Assembly (NCBI GenBank): GCA_003516025.1
Contig: CP023991.1
Location: 510,001-542,000, forward strand
Length of the DNA stretch: 32,000 nt
Source: Candidatus Saccharimonadota bacterium
Lineage (GTDB): Bacteria > Patescibacteriota > Saccharimonadia > Saccharimonadales > UBA4665
Reading direction: 5' to 3'
The notes below the pieces were generated by a model. The model had not been told where the DNA came from. It was given only the letters and a program-made list of their open reading frames with translations, and searched no databases. The first letter of the stretch is position 1. Each line of letters begins with the position of its first letter. The translations under genes were made by a program, and so were the position numbers. Positions 16,463-24,851 of the stretch are shown in pieces.

Positions 16463-18499
16463 ATGAATGGTGAAACGCCGCTACTGGCATTAAAGGGAGT
16501 CGGGGCGGCTATCGGCCAAAAATACGGGCAACTTGGCCTGCATACCATCGCCGATCTTATAAATTATTTCCCCCGTCGCTATGATGACTATTCAGTACTG
16601 ACACCGATCGCCGAGATTGTACCGGGCGCAGTGTCTATAAGGGCTACCATTAAACAGGCCAAGGGAAGGTATGTGCGGCGCGGCATGCATATCACCGAAG
16701 CGGTAGCAGGCGATGACACCGGGAGTGTCCGGCTGATATGGTTTAACCAACCGTATCGCGAGGGTTCGCTTAAAGCGGGTGCCGAGTATTATATCTCCGG
16801 GAATTTCGAACTGAGCCACCAGCGGCTGAGTATCATGAATCCAACTATTGAGCTGGTGAGTGATATGCCGCTTAATACAGCCCGCATCGTGCCCGTATAC
16901 CGCGAGACGAAGGGTTTGACGTCCCGCCAGATTCGGGCGGCTATCGGCCAAATTGCCAAGGTAATCGCTGGCTTGCCGGAAACGCTGCCGGAGTGGCTCG
17001 TAACGAAGCACGATTTTTATGGCCGCAGCAGGGCGGTATACGCATTGCATTTTCCCGAAAACGCCGATGACTTGGCTCAGGCGCGGCATCGCCTCGGCTT
17101 CGAAGAGGTTTTTCAGCTGAGCCTGGCAGCGTTATCAAACAAATATGAACTGCTAACCGAGCAGGCTCCGAGCGTACCGTTCGAGGAAAAGGTGGCCAAA
17201 GAATTTGTCTCGCATATGCCTTTTAAACTGACTGACGCTCAACGCAAGGTGGTTTGGAGTATTTTTCAGGATATGCAAAAGGAACAACCGATGAACCGCT
17301 TAGTCGAAGGCGACGTCGGCGCGGGCAAAACCGTTGTAGCAGCTATGGCGGCGGTTATGGTGCTGCATCACGGCCATCAAGTAGCCCTGATGGCTCCGAC
17401 GGAATTGCTGGCCCGGCAACATGCCGAAACCCTGCAAAAACTGCTGCAACCACTCGGTTTTGGCAGCCAGGTCGGGCTGCTGGTGGGTGGCATGACTGCG
17501 GCGCAGAAAAGATCGGCCCGAGAGCACATCGCCAGTGGTGATATCCGCTTTATAGTCGGCACGCAGGCACTGATTCAGGATACGGTCGATATGCATGCCC
17601 TGGAACTGGTAATAATTGACGAGCAACACCGTTTCGGTGTCGATCAGCGCAGAACCCTGCAAATCAAAGCCGGGCACATGCCCCATGTCCTCAGTCTCAC
17701 CGCTACACCTATACCACGATCTCTGGCGCTTACCCTGTACGGAGAACTTGACGTATCGGTGCTCGACCAAAAGCCGCCGGGCCGGTCGGAAATTATCACC
17801 AAAATAGAGTCACCAAATTCCCGTCCCCAACTGTATGAAGAGATTGAGAAGGAATTAACGGCCGGTCGGCAAATGTTCGTCGTATGCCCGCTGATTACGG
17901 AATCGGGCGCGGTCAAGGCGGTTTCAGCCGAAGAAATGCATGAACAGCTTAGCAAAAAAGCGTTTAAACACCACAACGTAGGGTTGTTGCATGGCAAAAT
18001 GAAGCCGGCGGATAAAAATGACGTTATGCAGCAATTCGTGGAACACAAGCTGGATATCCTAGTTTCAACTACGGTAATCGAAGTCGGGGTTGATGTGCCG
18101 AACGCCACTATCATGCTCATCGAGGGTGCCGAGCGCTTTGGTCTGGCGCAGATGCATCAGCTGCGAGGGCGGGTTGGCCGTGGCAAGGATCAGGGATATT
18201 GCTACTTAATGATGTCCGATTCATCGGCACCCAGCCGCCGGTTACGGGCGCTCGAAAGCTCCAGCGACGGCTTCAAACTGGCAGAGCTCGACCTTGAACT
18301 ACGCGGCCCAGGGGCGATTTATGGCACGATGCAACATGGTCAGCTTGACCTGCGCATCGCCAAGCTCACTGATACTATACTTATTGCCAGCGCGCGCTCG
18401 GCAGCCCAAAAGTTTATCGATAAGCATGAGGATTTGTTACAATATCCCTATCTTCATGAACAAGTTTCTAAACTTCGTGCTGTCACGAATCTAAACTAA
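16463..18499 (+). CDS. recG: ATP-dependent DNA helicase RecG
   Basis: 678 aa. Has an N-terminal wedge region, Walker A GDVGAGKT, DEQH box (IIDEQHRFG) and motif VI QLRGRVGRG. Confidence 0.92.
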   Translation: MNGETPLLALKGVGAAIGQKYGQLGLHTIADLINYFPRRYDDYSVLTPIAEIVPGAVSIRATIKQAKGRYVRRGMHITEAVAGDDTGSVRLIWFNQPYREGSLKAGAEYYISGNFELSHQRLSIMNPTIELVSDMPLNTARIVPVYRETKGLTSRQIRAAIGQIAKVIAGLPETLPEWLVTKHDFYGRSRAVYALHFPENADDLAQARHRLGFEEVFQLSLAALSNKYELLTEQAPSVPFEEKVAKEFVSHMPFKLTDAQRKVVWSIFQDMQKEQPMNRLVEGDVGAGKTVVAAMAAVMVLHHGHQVALMAPTELLARQHAETLQKLLQPLGFGSQVGLLVGGMTAAQKRSAREHIASGDIRFIVGTQALIQDTVDMHALELVIIDEQHRFGVDQRRTLQIKAGHMPHVLSLTATPIPRSLALTLYGELDVSVLDQKPPGRSEIITKIESPNSRPQLYEEIEKELTAGRQMFVVCPLITESGAVKAVSAEEMHEQLSKKAFKHHNVGLLHGKMKPADKNDVMQQFVEHKLDILVSTTVIEVGVDVPNATIMLIEGAERFGLAQMHQLRGRVGRGKDQGYCYLMMSDSSAPSRRLRALESSSDGFKLAELDLELRGPGAIYGTMQHGQLDLRIAKLTDTILIASARSAAQKFIDKHEDLLQYPYLHEQVSKLRAVTNLN

Positions 18500-18500
18500 T

Positions 18501-19343
18501 ATGTATTCCGGTTCAACATTAACGAACTATTCCGGCCTTGTTTTGGGCGCGCATCAAAAGATTGACCGCACGGCCCGGCGCCATTTGCAGCAGCTGGCTC
18601 CGGCATGCAATTTCCCGAAAATTAAAACAATTTTGCATTTTGAGGGTAATAACGGCCCGGACGGTATAAAACGCAAAAGTCCGGCCAAAGGCGAGCCGTG
18701 GCATTACATCCAGCCGTTCGATATGAAGGACGACGGCATTTTAAAGATTATTTCCGATCATTACGTATCGCTGGTTGAATCGCTGCGTGGTAAAGACGAC
18801 GTCCGGGCCGCGTTTGAGTCTGCCTGGATCGCGCACGCGATTGTCGATGGGTTGACGCCGGCGCATCACTACCCGTACGAGGACAAATTAGTTGAGCTGC
18901 GCGGGGGTGAGGGAATTGAGACCCGGACGACTATAAAGAAGAAATTAGTGATGCCAGGCGATACAAAGCGCGAGCAGCTGAATAACAACTGGAAGATGTG
19001 GGGACCTAAAGGCCTGTTTACCACACACGCCGCCTTCGAATGGGGATTTGCGACGGTGGTCCGGCCGTTGCGCCTCAAAGCCGCCATGCCGACTGATACA
19101 GATATGAAAAATTTCCAGGAACTGGGCGTAGAGGCCTGGTTTCGCCAACAGGCTCAGCAAATCGCCAGCTTGCATATGTACGATTCCTTTTACGAACATG
19201 GCTGGACTCGGAAGTTAGCCCGCCAGGTACGCCTGGAGCTGGCTCCGGCGATCACAAAAGCGGTGACTATCTGCTGGTATGGGGCGTTACTCGATGCCCG
19301 TGGTAAGCGGGAGCAGGAGTCTGATGCGAATCATCGCCGGTAA
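18501..19343 (+). CDS. Hypothetical protein with zinc-dependent phospholipase C / S1-P1 nuclease-like ligand pattern
   Basis: 280 aa. H112-x3-D116-x5-H122 (AHAIVDGLTPAH) and H176-x3-E180 (THAAFE) reproduce the spacing of the trinuclear-zinc PLC/P1 motifs. Candidate upstream ligands are H18, D54 and H68. There is no obvious signal peptide. Confidence 0.55.
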   Translation: MYSGSTLTNYSGLVLGAHQKIDRTARRHLQQLAPACNFPKIKTILHFEGNNGPDGIKRKSPAKGEPWHYIQPFDMKDDGILKIISDHYVSLVESLRGKDDVRAAFESAWIAHAIVDGLTPAHHYPYEDKLVELRGGEGIETRTTIKKKLVMPGDTKREQLNNNWKMWGPKGLFTTHAAFEWGFATVVRPLRLKAAMPTDTDMKNFQELGVEAWFRQQAQQIASLHMYDSFYEHGWTRKLARQVRLELAPAITKAVTICWYGALLDARGKREQESDANHRR

Positions 19344-19857
19344 GCTTGGCGGCCGGAATTTTGACGCGCCGCGCGGCCACCGCACGCACCCGATGGGCGA
19401 CAAGATACGTGGTGCTTTATTCAATATACTGGGCGACATTAGCGGACTGACGGTACTGGACGCCTTCGCAGGTAGTGGCGCTTTAAGTTTCGAGGCCATT
19501 AGCCGCGGCGCCGCCAGCGCCCTGGCCATTGAAATCGACAAGGAAGCCTTTGAAACCATCCAGCGCAATATTATTACGCTTGGTCTTGACCCCGAAGTGA
19601 TCGTGATGCGCAAAAACGTGGCTGGTTGGTCTCGTAACAACCAGGACAAACAGTTTGACATCGTACTGGCCGATCCGCCTTACAATGATATCCGGCCAAC
19701 TTTGTTGCAGAAACTTATGCCGCAGGTCAAACCAGGTGGTTTACTGGTGCTGTCATGGCCCGGTGGCGAGCCAGTACGGCCGTTCAACGGCGTTGAGGTT
19801 GTTTCGGCTAAAGCGTATGGCGATGCCCAGCTGGTATTTTACCGCCGTAACAGCTAG
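19324..19857 (+). CDS. rsmD: 16S rRNA (guanine966-N2)-methyltransferase RsmD
   Basis: The start was chosen at MRIIAGKLGGRNF, the typical RsmD N-terminus. Motif I is LDAFAGSGALSFEAISRGA and the DPPY motif is LADPPYN. It overlaps the upstream ORF by 20 nt. Confidence 0.8.
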   Translation: MRIIAGKLGGRNFDAPRGHRTHPMGDKIRGALFNILGDISGLTVLDAFAGSGALSFEAISRGAASALAIEIDKEAFETIQRNIITLGLDPEVIVMRKNVAGWSRNNQDKQFDIVLADPPYNDIRPTLLQKLMPQVKPGGLLVLSWPGGEPVRPFNGVEVVSAKAYGDAQLVFYRRNS

Positions 19858-19870
19858 ATTTTACAGCGGC

Positions 19871-19897
19871 AGTACGATAAAATATCTCGGTACTTTT
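19871..19897 (+). terminator. Weak terminator-like hairpin after rsmD
   Basis: AGTACGA (19871-19877) pairs with TCGGTACT (19887-19894) with one bulge. It is followed by TTTT. The stem is AT-rich and short. Confidence 0.3.
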
Positions 19898-19904
19898 CGA
19901 ATAT

Positions 19905-19988
19905 GCGCGAGTGGTGAAATGGTAGACACGCTGGTTTTAGGAGCCAGTGCCGAAAGGTGTGGAGGTTCAAGTCCTCTCTCGCGCACCA
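19905..19988 (+). tRNA. tRNA-Leu (anticodon UAG), type II with long variable arm, CCA encoded
   Basis: I folded it by hand. Acceptor is GCGCGAG/CTCGCGC. D arm is GTG-AAATGGTAGA-CAC. Anticodon stem is CTGGT/GCCAG with loop TTTAGGA (anticodon TAG). Variable arm is TGCCGAAAGGTGT. T arm is GGAGG-TTCAAGT-CCTCT. Discriminator is A followed by CCA. Confidence 0.9.
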
Positions 19989-20024
19989 CTATACTGTTAT
20001 TGACTAATATGGTATAATATATCT

Positions 20025-20225
20025 ATGCAAGTATATGAATCTGCCTTTGACCAACCTGTAGACCATCACCGTGAACGACGGGCATACGAATTATTTAAAA
20101 AGACTACTCTGGTGGATGTCTCTGATGGTGGAAATCACTCGCCAATCATTGCCGATACGATTACTGAACTGAAAACACAGTTAGAGACACGTTTAACACA
20201 GGCTACAGGCGAAACTACTGTATAA
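20025..20225 (+). CDS. Hypothetical small protein (66 aa), uncertain
   Basis: An open frame between the tRNA and hisS. I recognise no family. Its A/T-ending codon usage is richer than in neighbouring genes. It is preceded by an extended -10, TGGTATAAT, ending 6 nt before the ATG. Confidence 0.3.
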   Translation: MQVYESAFDQPVDHHRERRAYELFKKTTLVDVSDGGNHSPIIADTITELKTQLETRLTQATGETTV

Positions 20226-20237
20226 TTCCAGTTATCT

Positions 20238-21569
20238 ATGGCACTCTCAACTCAACCCTACAAAGGCGCCCGCGACTTCTACCCCGAAGATAAGCGCATC
20301 CAGAAATATATGTTCGGCGTCTTACGCTCAGCCGTCGAAAAGTACGGCTATGAGGAGTATGATGCACCTATTTTGGAGTCGCTAGACCTATATCTGGCCA
20401 AAACCGGTGAAGAGATCGTTAACGAGCAGACGTATGCCTTTGAAGACCGTGGCGGCCGAAAAGTCGCTATCCGGCCTGAAATGACCCCTACGGTATCCCG
20501 TATGGTGGCGGCTAAGCGTCAGGAACTGGCGTATCCGCTGCGTTGGTACAGTATCCCTAACTTATGGCGCTACGAACGTCCGCAGCGCGGCCGGTTACGC
20601 GAGCACTGGCAGTTAAATGTCGATATTTTCGGTTTAGCAGGCGTCGAGGCTGAACATGAAGTTATTTCTGTCGTAGACGGCATACTGCAGGCCTTCCATG
20701 CTAAACGCAGCATGTACACCATCAAGCTCAACAGCCGGAAGTTTACGGACTATATTTTGCGCGAGTACATCGGTTTTGACGAAGTACAGGCCTACAGCGT
20801 CGCTAAGCTGATAGATCGCATGCACAAAATGGACCGGGCGGACTTTATCGTCCAGCTCGATGCCTTATGCACGCCAAGCCAGCGCGAACAGGGTGCCGTG
20901 GAGCAGCTGCAGGACGTCTTGCAGGCCCAGCGTTTTACTGCGCTGCCGGCGGCCGTGCAACAGCATCCATCACTGGCACAAATCCGCTTCCTCATCGAAC
21001 TACTCGAAGAATCCGGCATCGATAATGTCGTATTTGACGCTACCCTGATGCGCGGCTTCGATTACTACACTGACGTCGTGTTCGAGGTATTTGATAACCA
21101 CCCTGATAACAACCGCTCGCTGTTCGGCGGCGGCCGCTATGATGGCCTGGTCGGCCTGTTCGGTGTTGAACCGGTCCCGACAGTCGGTTTTGGTATGGGC
21201 GACGTGACACTGCAGAATTTCCTGGAAATTCACGAGCTTTTACCTAAATTGCATCCTGAAACGCATATATATGTTGTTCCGGTCGGAGACGTCTTCAAAC
21301 AGCTGCAAAAGCCGCTGGCTGAACTGCGGGCTTCCGGTTTGAACGTAGCTCTTGATACCACCGGCCGCAAAATTGGCGCTCAGATTCAAACCGCCGAAAA
21401 GAAGGGTATTCATTACGTCATGGTAATCGGCGAGCAGGAAATCGCTGACGGCCGTTATAATCTCAAGAATTTGCAGACCGGCGTGGAGGAAAAACACGGC
21501 CTGAGCCGTATCGTGACGATCGCTACAGACTATCGCCATGTCGATGAAACGGAAGACGAAGACATATAA
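20238..21569 (+). CDS. hisS: Histidine--tRNA ligase
   Basis: 443 aa. Class II motifs are IRPEMTP, RYERPQRGRLREHWQLNVDIFG and GGGRYDGL. It has a C-terminal anticodon-binding domain. Confidence 0.92.
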   Translation: MALSTQPYKGARDFYPEDKRIQKYMFGVLRSAVEKYGYEEYDAPILESLDLYLAKTGEEIVNEQTYAFEDRGGRKVAIRPEMTPTVSRMVAAKRQELAYPLRWYSIPNLWRYERPQRGRLREHWQLNVDIFGLAGVEAEHEVISVVDGILQAFHAKRSMYTIKLNSRKFTDYILREYIGFDEVQAYSVAKLIDRMHKMDRADFIVQLDALCTPSQREQGAVEQLQDVLQAQRFTALPAAVQQHPSLAQIRFLIELLEESGIDNVVFDATLMRGFDYYTDVVFEVFDNHPDNNRSLFGGGRYDGLVGLFGVEPVPTVGFGMGDVTLQNFLEIHELLPKLHPETHIYVVPVGDVFKQLQKPLAELRASGLNVALDTTGRKIGAQIQTAEKKGIHYVMVIGEQEIADGRYNLKNLQTGVEEKHGLSRIVTIATDYRHVDETEDEDI

Positions 21570-21619
21570 GTACGAACTTGCATAGCCAGCCGGCGGGAAC
21601 TCTGGTAAAATAACACCTT

Positions 21620-22939
21620 ATGCAAGTAACAAAGTCTCAAACCAATCCTACAACCGTCACCTTAACCATTGAAGCGGACCAGCTCGTACTGGAAGAAACC
21701 CGTACGCAGGTGCTGCAGCGCCTGGCCCGGAACGTCAAGATCCAAGGCTTCCGCCAGGGTAAAGCGCCGCTGAATCTGGTTGAAAAGAACCTTGACTCAT
21801 CAACCTACCAGTCGGAATTTATTGACGCTGCTCTTAACACTATGTACAGCCAGGCGCTGGCGGAACAGAAGATCCGCCCGGTTGCTCAGCCAAAGGTAAC
21901 CATTAAGAAATTCGTTCCGTTTACGACCTTGGAGTTTGAAGCTGAAGTTGAAGCTATCGGCGACGTAAAACTGGCCGACTACACTAAAGTTAAGCTTGAG
22001 AAGAAACCCGTAACAGTCGCAGCCAAAGATGTTGATGACGTACTGAATAACCTCAAAGTCCGTATGGCCGAGAAAACTGAAGTTGACCGCGCCGCTAAAG
22101 ATGGCGACGAAGTCTGGGTTGATTTCGAGGGCCGTGACGCTAAAACTGGTGAACCCGTTAAGGGCGCTGATGGAAAAGACTACCCCCTCGCTCTCGGCAG
22201 CAATACCTTTATACCTGGTTTTGAAGCAAATCTGCTTGGCGTCAAAGCTGGCGAAGAAAAAGAATTTACGCTGACTTTCCCGAAAGACTACGGTGTCAAA
22301 GCCTTACAGAACAAGGAAGTGATATTTAAGACGACCGTCACGAAGGTTAACGAAGTGACACAGCCTAAGGTCGACGACGAATTCGCCGCTAAAGTCGGTC
22401 CCTTTAAGACTGCCGCGGAACTGAAAGCGGATGTTAAGAAGCAAATCACTGCTGACCGCCAGCAACAAGCTGACCGTGACTATGAAAGCGAATTACTCGA
22501 GCAAATTACTAACAAGAGCGACGTTGCCGTTCCGGCCGCGTTGGTCGAAGAAGAGCTGACACGTTTAGAGCGTGAAGAGCGCCAAAACGTCGCTTACCGC
22601 GGCCAGACATGGCAGGAGCACCTCGATGAAGAAGGTGTCACCGAGGAAGAACACCGCGATAAAAACCGCCCTGGCGCGGAAATGCGCGTCAAAGCCGGCC
22701 TCATATTAGCGGAAATCGCTGAAAAAGAGAAAGTGGAAGTAACCCCTGAAGAACTGCAGATGAGGATTCAGCTTATGAAGGGCCAGTACCAGGATGCCGC
22801 CATGCAATCCGAACTGGACAAACCGGAAAACCAGCGGGAGATCGCCTCACGCATCATGAGTGAAAAAACAATTGAAATACTGACCGATTATGCAACCGTT
22901 AAGTCCACGGCAAAGACCGCCGCAGCTACTAAGAAGTAA
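21620..22939 (+). CDS. tig: Trigger factor
   Basis: 439 aa. The ribosome-binding signature is GFRQGKAP. It has a central FKBP-type PPIase region (VWVDFEGRDAKTGEPVKG...FIPGFE) and a C-terminal helical arm domain. Confidence 0.9.
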   Translation: MQVTKSQTNPTTVTLTIEADQLVLEETRTQVLQRLARNVKIQGFRQGKAPLNLVEKNLDSSTYQSEFIDAALNTMYSQALAEQKIRPVAQPKVTIKKFVPFTTLEFEAEVEAIGDVKLADYTKVKLEKKPVTVAAKDVDDVLNNLKVRMAEKTEVDRAAKDGDEVWVDFEGRDAKTGEPVKGADGKDYPLALGSNTFIPGFEANLLGVKAGEEKEFTLTFPKDYGVKALQNKEVIFKTTVTKVNEVTQPKVDDEFAAKVGPFKTAAELKADVKKQITADRQQQADRDYESELLEQITNKSDVAVPAALVEEELTRLEREERQNVAYRGQTWQEHLDEEGVTEEEHRDKNRPGAEMRVKAGLILAEIAEKEKVEVTPEELQMRIQLMKGQYQDAAMQSELDKPENQREIASRIMSEKTIEILTDYATVKSTAKTAAATKK

Positions 22940-22947
22940 CGACCAAT

Positions 22948-23373
22948 ATGGCAAAAAATCCTAACAGACTATGGTCTCGGAGGAGTGGGGTAGCAGCATT
23001 AACCGCGGGCTCAGTTCTGGTCGGCAGCTGCATGATGGTCGGTGGCCTGAGGCGGAATGCCGACCGGGTAACATGCGACCAGGGCAGCATAGAAATTGAA
23101 CTGACCGGGACAATGCAGTCAGTACTCGATATATATGGCGAAGCGGGATCACAGCTTGGCTATATGGCATTGAAACGAAGCGAAACAGAGTTATCCGTGG
23201 CCCTGCAGGATATAGCAAAGTACGGAAAACTGACAATGAATAAGTTAGAGTATTCTAGGCCTGAAGATATATCATCCGGCCTAGAATATGCCGGCCGTTT
23301 TAACGGCACCTATTGGGCTGTCGACGCCGATACTACGACCGATACGGTACAGATCACCGGTACGTGTAACTGA
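22948..23373 (+). CDS. Hypothetical small exported/anchored protein
   Basis: 141 aa. The N-terminus is MAKNPNRLWSRRSGVAALTAGSVLVGSC, with an RR pair, a hydrophobic stretch and a lipobox-like VGSC. I recognise no family. Confidence 0.5.
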   Translation: MAKNPNRLWSRRSGVAALTAGSVLVGSCMMVGGLRRNADRVTCDQGSIEIELTGTMQSVLDIYGEAGSQLGYMALKRSETELSVALQDIAKYGKLTMNKLEYSRPEDISSGLEYAGRFNGTYWAVDADTTTDTVQITGTCN

Positions 23374-23374
23374 A

Positions 23375-23401
23375 TTAGCACTCTTGACGTGAGAGTGCCA
23401 A
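23375..23401 (+). promoter_or_regulatory. CIRCE element (HrcA operator), one mismatch
   Basis: TTAGCACTC-TTGACGTGA-GAGTGCCAA. The first 24 nt are identical to the copy at 5501-5524. Confidence 0.8.
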
Positions 23402-23412
23402 ATAACTATACT
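23384..23412 (+). promoter_or_regulatory. Candidate promoter overlapping CIRCE, upstream of clpP
   Basis: TTGACG (23384-23389), 17-nt spacer, TATACT (23407-23412). An AAGGAGG SD (23448-23454) precedes the clpP ATG. Confidence 0.55.
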
Positions 23413-23459
23413 TATTCGTAGCAGTATTAAGCTACCAGCTAACTCTAAGGAGGTTTTAG

Positions 23460-24062
23460 ATGAGCGTATTGATCCCTACAGTCGTTGAAAATGAAGGCCG
23501 CTATGAGCGAGCTTATGATATATATTCACGATTACTGAGAGACCGCATCGTTTTCCTCGGCTCCGATGTGAACGAAGCCTCTGCCAACGCTATTGTTGCC
23601 CAATTATTATTCCTGCAGTCCGACAGTCCTAACAAAGACATCTTTTTCTACATTAACAGCCCCGGTGGTAGTGTGTATGACGCCTTGGCTGTGTATGACA
23701 CCATCCAGTACATTACCAATGATGTGCAAACCGTTGGTATTGGTGTGCAGGCGTCAGCGGCCGCCTTCCTGTTAAGTTCCGGTACTAAAGGCAAGCGTTT
23801 TCTGCTGCCAAACTCAACCGTGATGATTCACCAACCATCCAGCGGTACCCGCGGTAAGGTGACGGATCAGGAAATTGACCTCCGCGAATCACTGCGCATC
23901 AAGGCTTTGTTGGAAGGCATTATGGCCAAGAACACCGGTCAGAAACCTGAAAAGATCCATGAAGATATGGAGCGTGATAAGTGGCTGACCGCTACGGAAG
24001 CGCTCGACTACGGTATCGTTGACAAAATTATTAGCAACCCGCCAAAAGAGCAGGGCAAATAG
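23460..24062 (+). CDS. clpP: ATP-dependent Clp protease proteolytic subunit ClpP
   Basis: 200 aa and collinear with E. coli ClpP. Shared segments are [23 protein letters not shown], the catalytic Ser in [11 protein letters not shown], His in MIHQP and Asp in MERDKWLTA. Confidence 0.93.
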   Translation: MSVLIPTVVENEGRYERAYDIYSRLLRDRIVFLGSDVNEASANAIVAQLLFLQSDSPNKDIFFYINSPGGSVYDALAVYDTIQYITNDVQTVGIGVQASAAAFLLSSGTKGKRFLLPNSTVMIHQPSSGTRGKVTDQEIDLRESLRIKALLEGIMAKNTGQKPEKIHEDMERDKWLTATEALDYGIVDKIISNPPKEQGK

Positions 24063-24080
24063 CCGGATATCAGGGATACT

Positions 24081-24851
24081 ATGATCAAAGACACGCCGGG
24101 GTTCCACTATGCCGAAGGTGCCGCGCCTTTTGGTGAACTTGATATTGTACTTCCCCATAGCAGGGAGTTAGGCGAAGGCCTCAGTACGGAAGCTCAACGC
24201 GCGGCGGAATCCATCTTTGATAATGCCTGGAGCAAGAGTTACTGGCTTGCTTCTGAGGTGGGCCAACAGGCAATCGATGAGTGGCTCAAAACGCCTTATG
24301 GCGAGAATCATCCAAATCTGATGAGAGTTACGAGCAGAGCGTTTACACACCCGAAGCAGAACCTAACCTACGCGGTTAAACCAGATATGATTCCTGATTG
24401 GCCATGGCCCGAACGGTTTGACGCCGTTGTCGCGGCCGAAATTGTTGGTTTTGGCAACGCTAAGCTCGAAGTATCCGGCAATCCTGTAGAAAGAGCAATT
24501 AAGTGGTTACGGTACCCTGAAAAACAATATGTAAATGTAGCCAATGCCAATGTACGGCCACGGTGGCAGGGCAGGCATATCGGTGTCGCGCTTATGCATG
24601 GTTTACTGAGCGGCTTTCCTGAAGACAGGCCGGCGACTACCTATGTGGCGCGGTCAAATAACCGCTTGCTGCAGGCGCTTTCTGCTGTTGGTTATCAGGA
24701 AACCGGGTCTCAGCCACGGTCTGATCTTATTCCTGGCGCGACCTTTGAAGAAGTTCGTTTGCAGGCTGGTAGTGCCGGTGAAGTTCGAGACCGCCTGGCA
24801 CGACGCTTTAGCTGGCTGAATGATGCCGAGACCATCGAACCTGTCTCATAA
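24081..24851 (+). CDS. Hypothetical protein with a C-terminal GNAT-like acetyltransferase motif
   Basis: 256 aa. VNVANANVRPRWQGRHIGVALMHGLL resembles GNAT motif A (R/Q-x-x-G-x-G/A). I do not recognise the N-terminal ~150 aa. An AGGGA SD lies upstream. Confidence 0.55.
   Translation: MIKDTPGFHYAEGAAPFGELDIVLPHSRELGEGLSTEAQRAAESIFDNAWSKSYWLASEVGQQAIDEWLKTPYGENHPNLMRVTSRAFTHPKQNLTYAVKPDMIPDWPWPERFDAVVAAEIVGFGNAKLEVSGNPVERAIKWLRYPEKQYVNVANANVRPRWQGRHIGVALMHGLLSGFPEDRPATTYVARSNNRLLQALSAVGYQETGSQPRSDLIPGATFEEVRLQAGSAGEVRDRLARRFSWLNDAETIEPVS

Noticed and set aside
20025-20225. Possibility that the small ORF is a histidine-rich leader peptide or T-box leader for hisS
   Set aside because: There are only two adjacent His codons (DHH) and no run of His. 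I could not see a T-box specifier/antiterminator architecture or a conserved T-box sequence.
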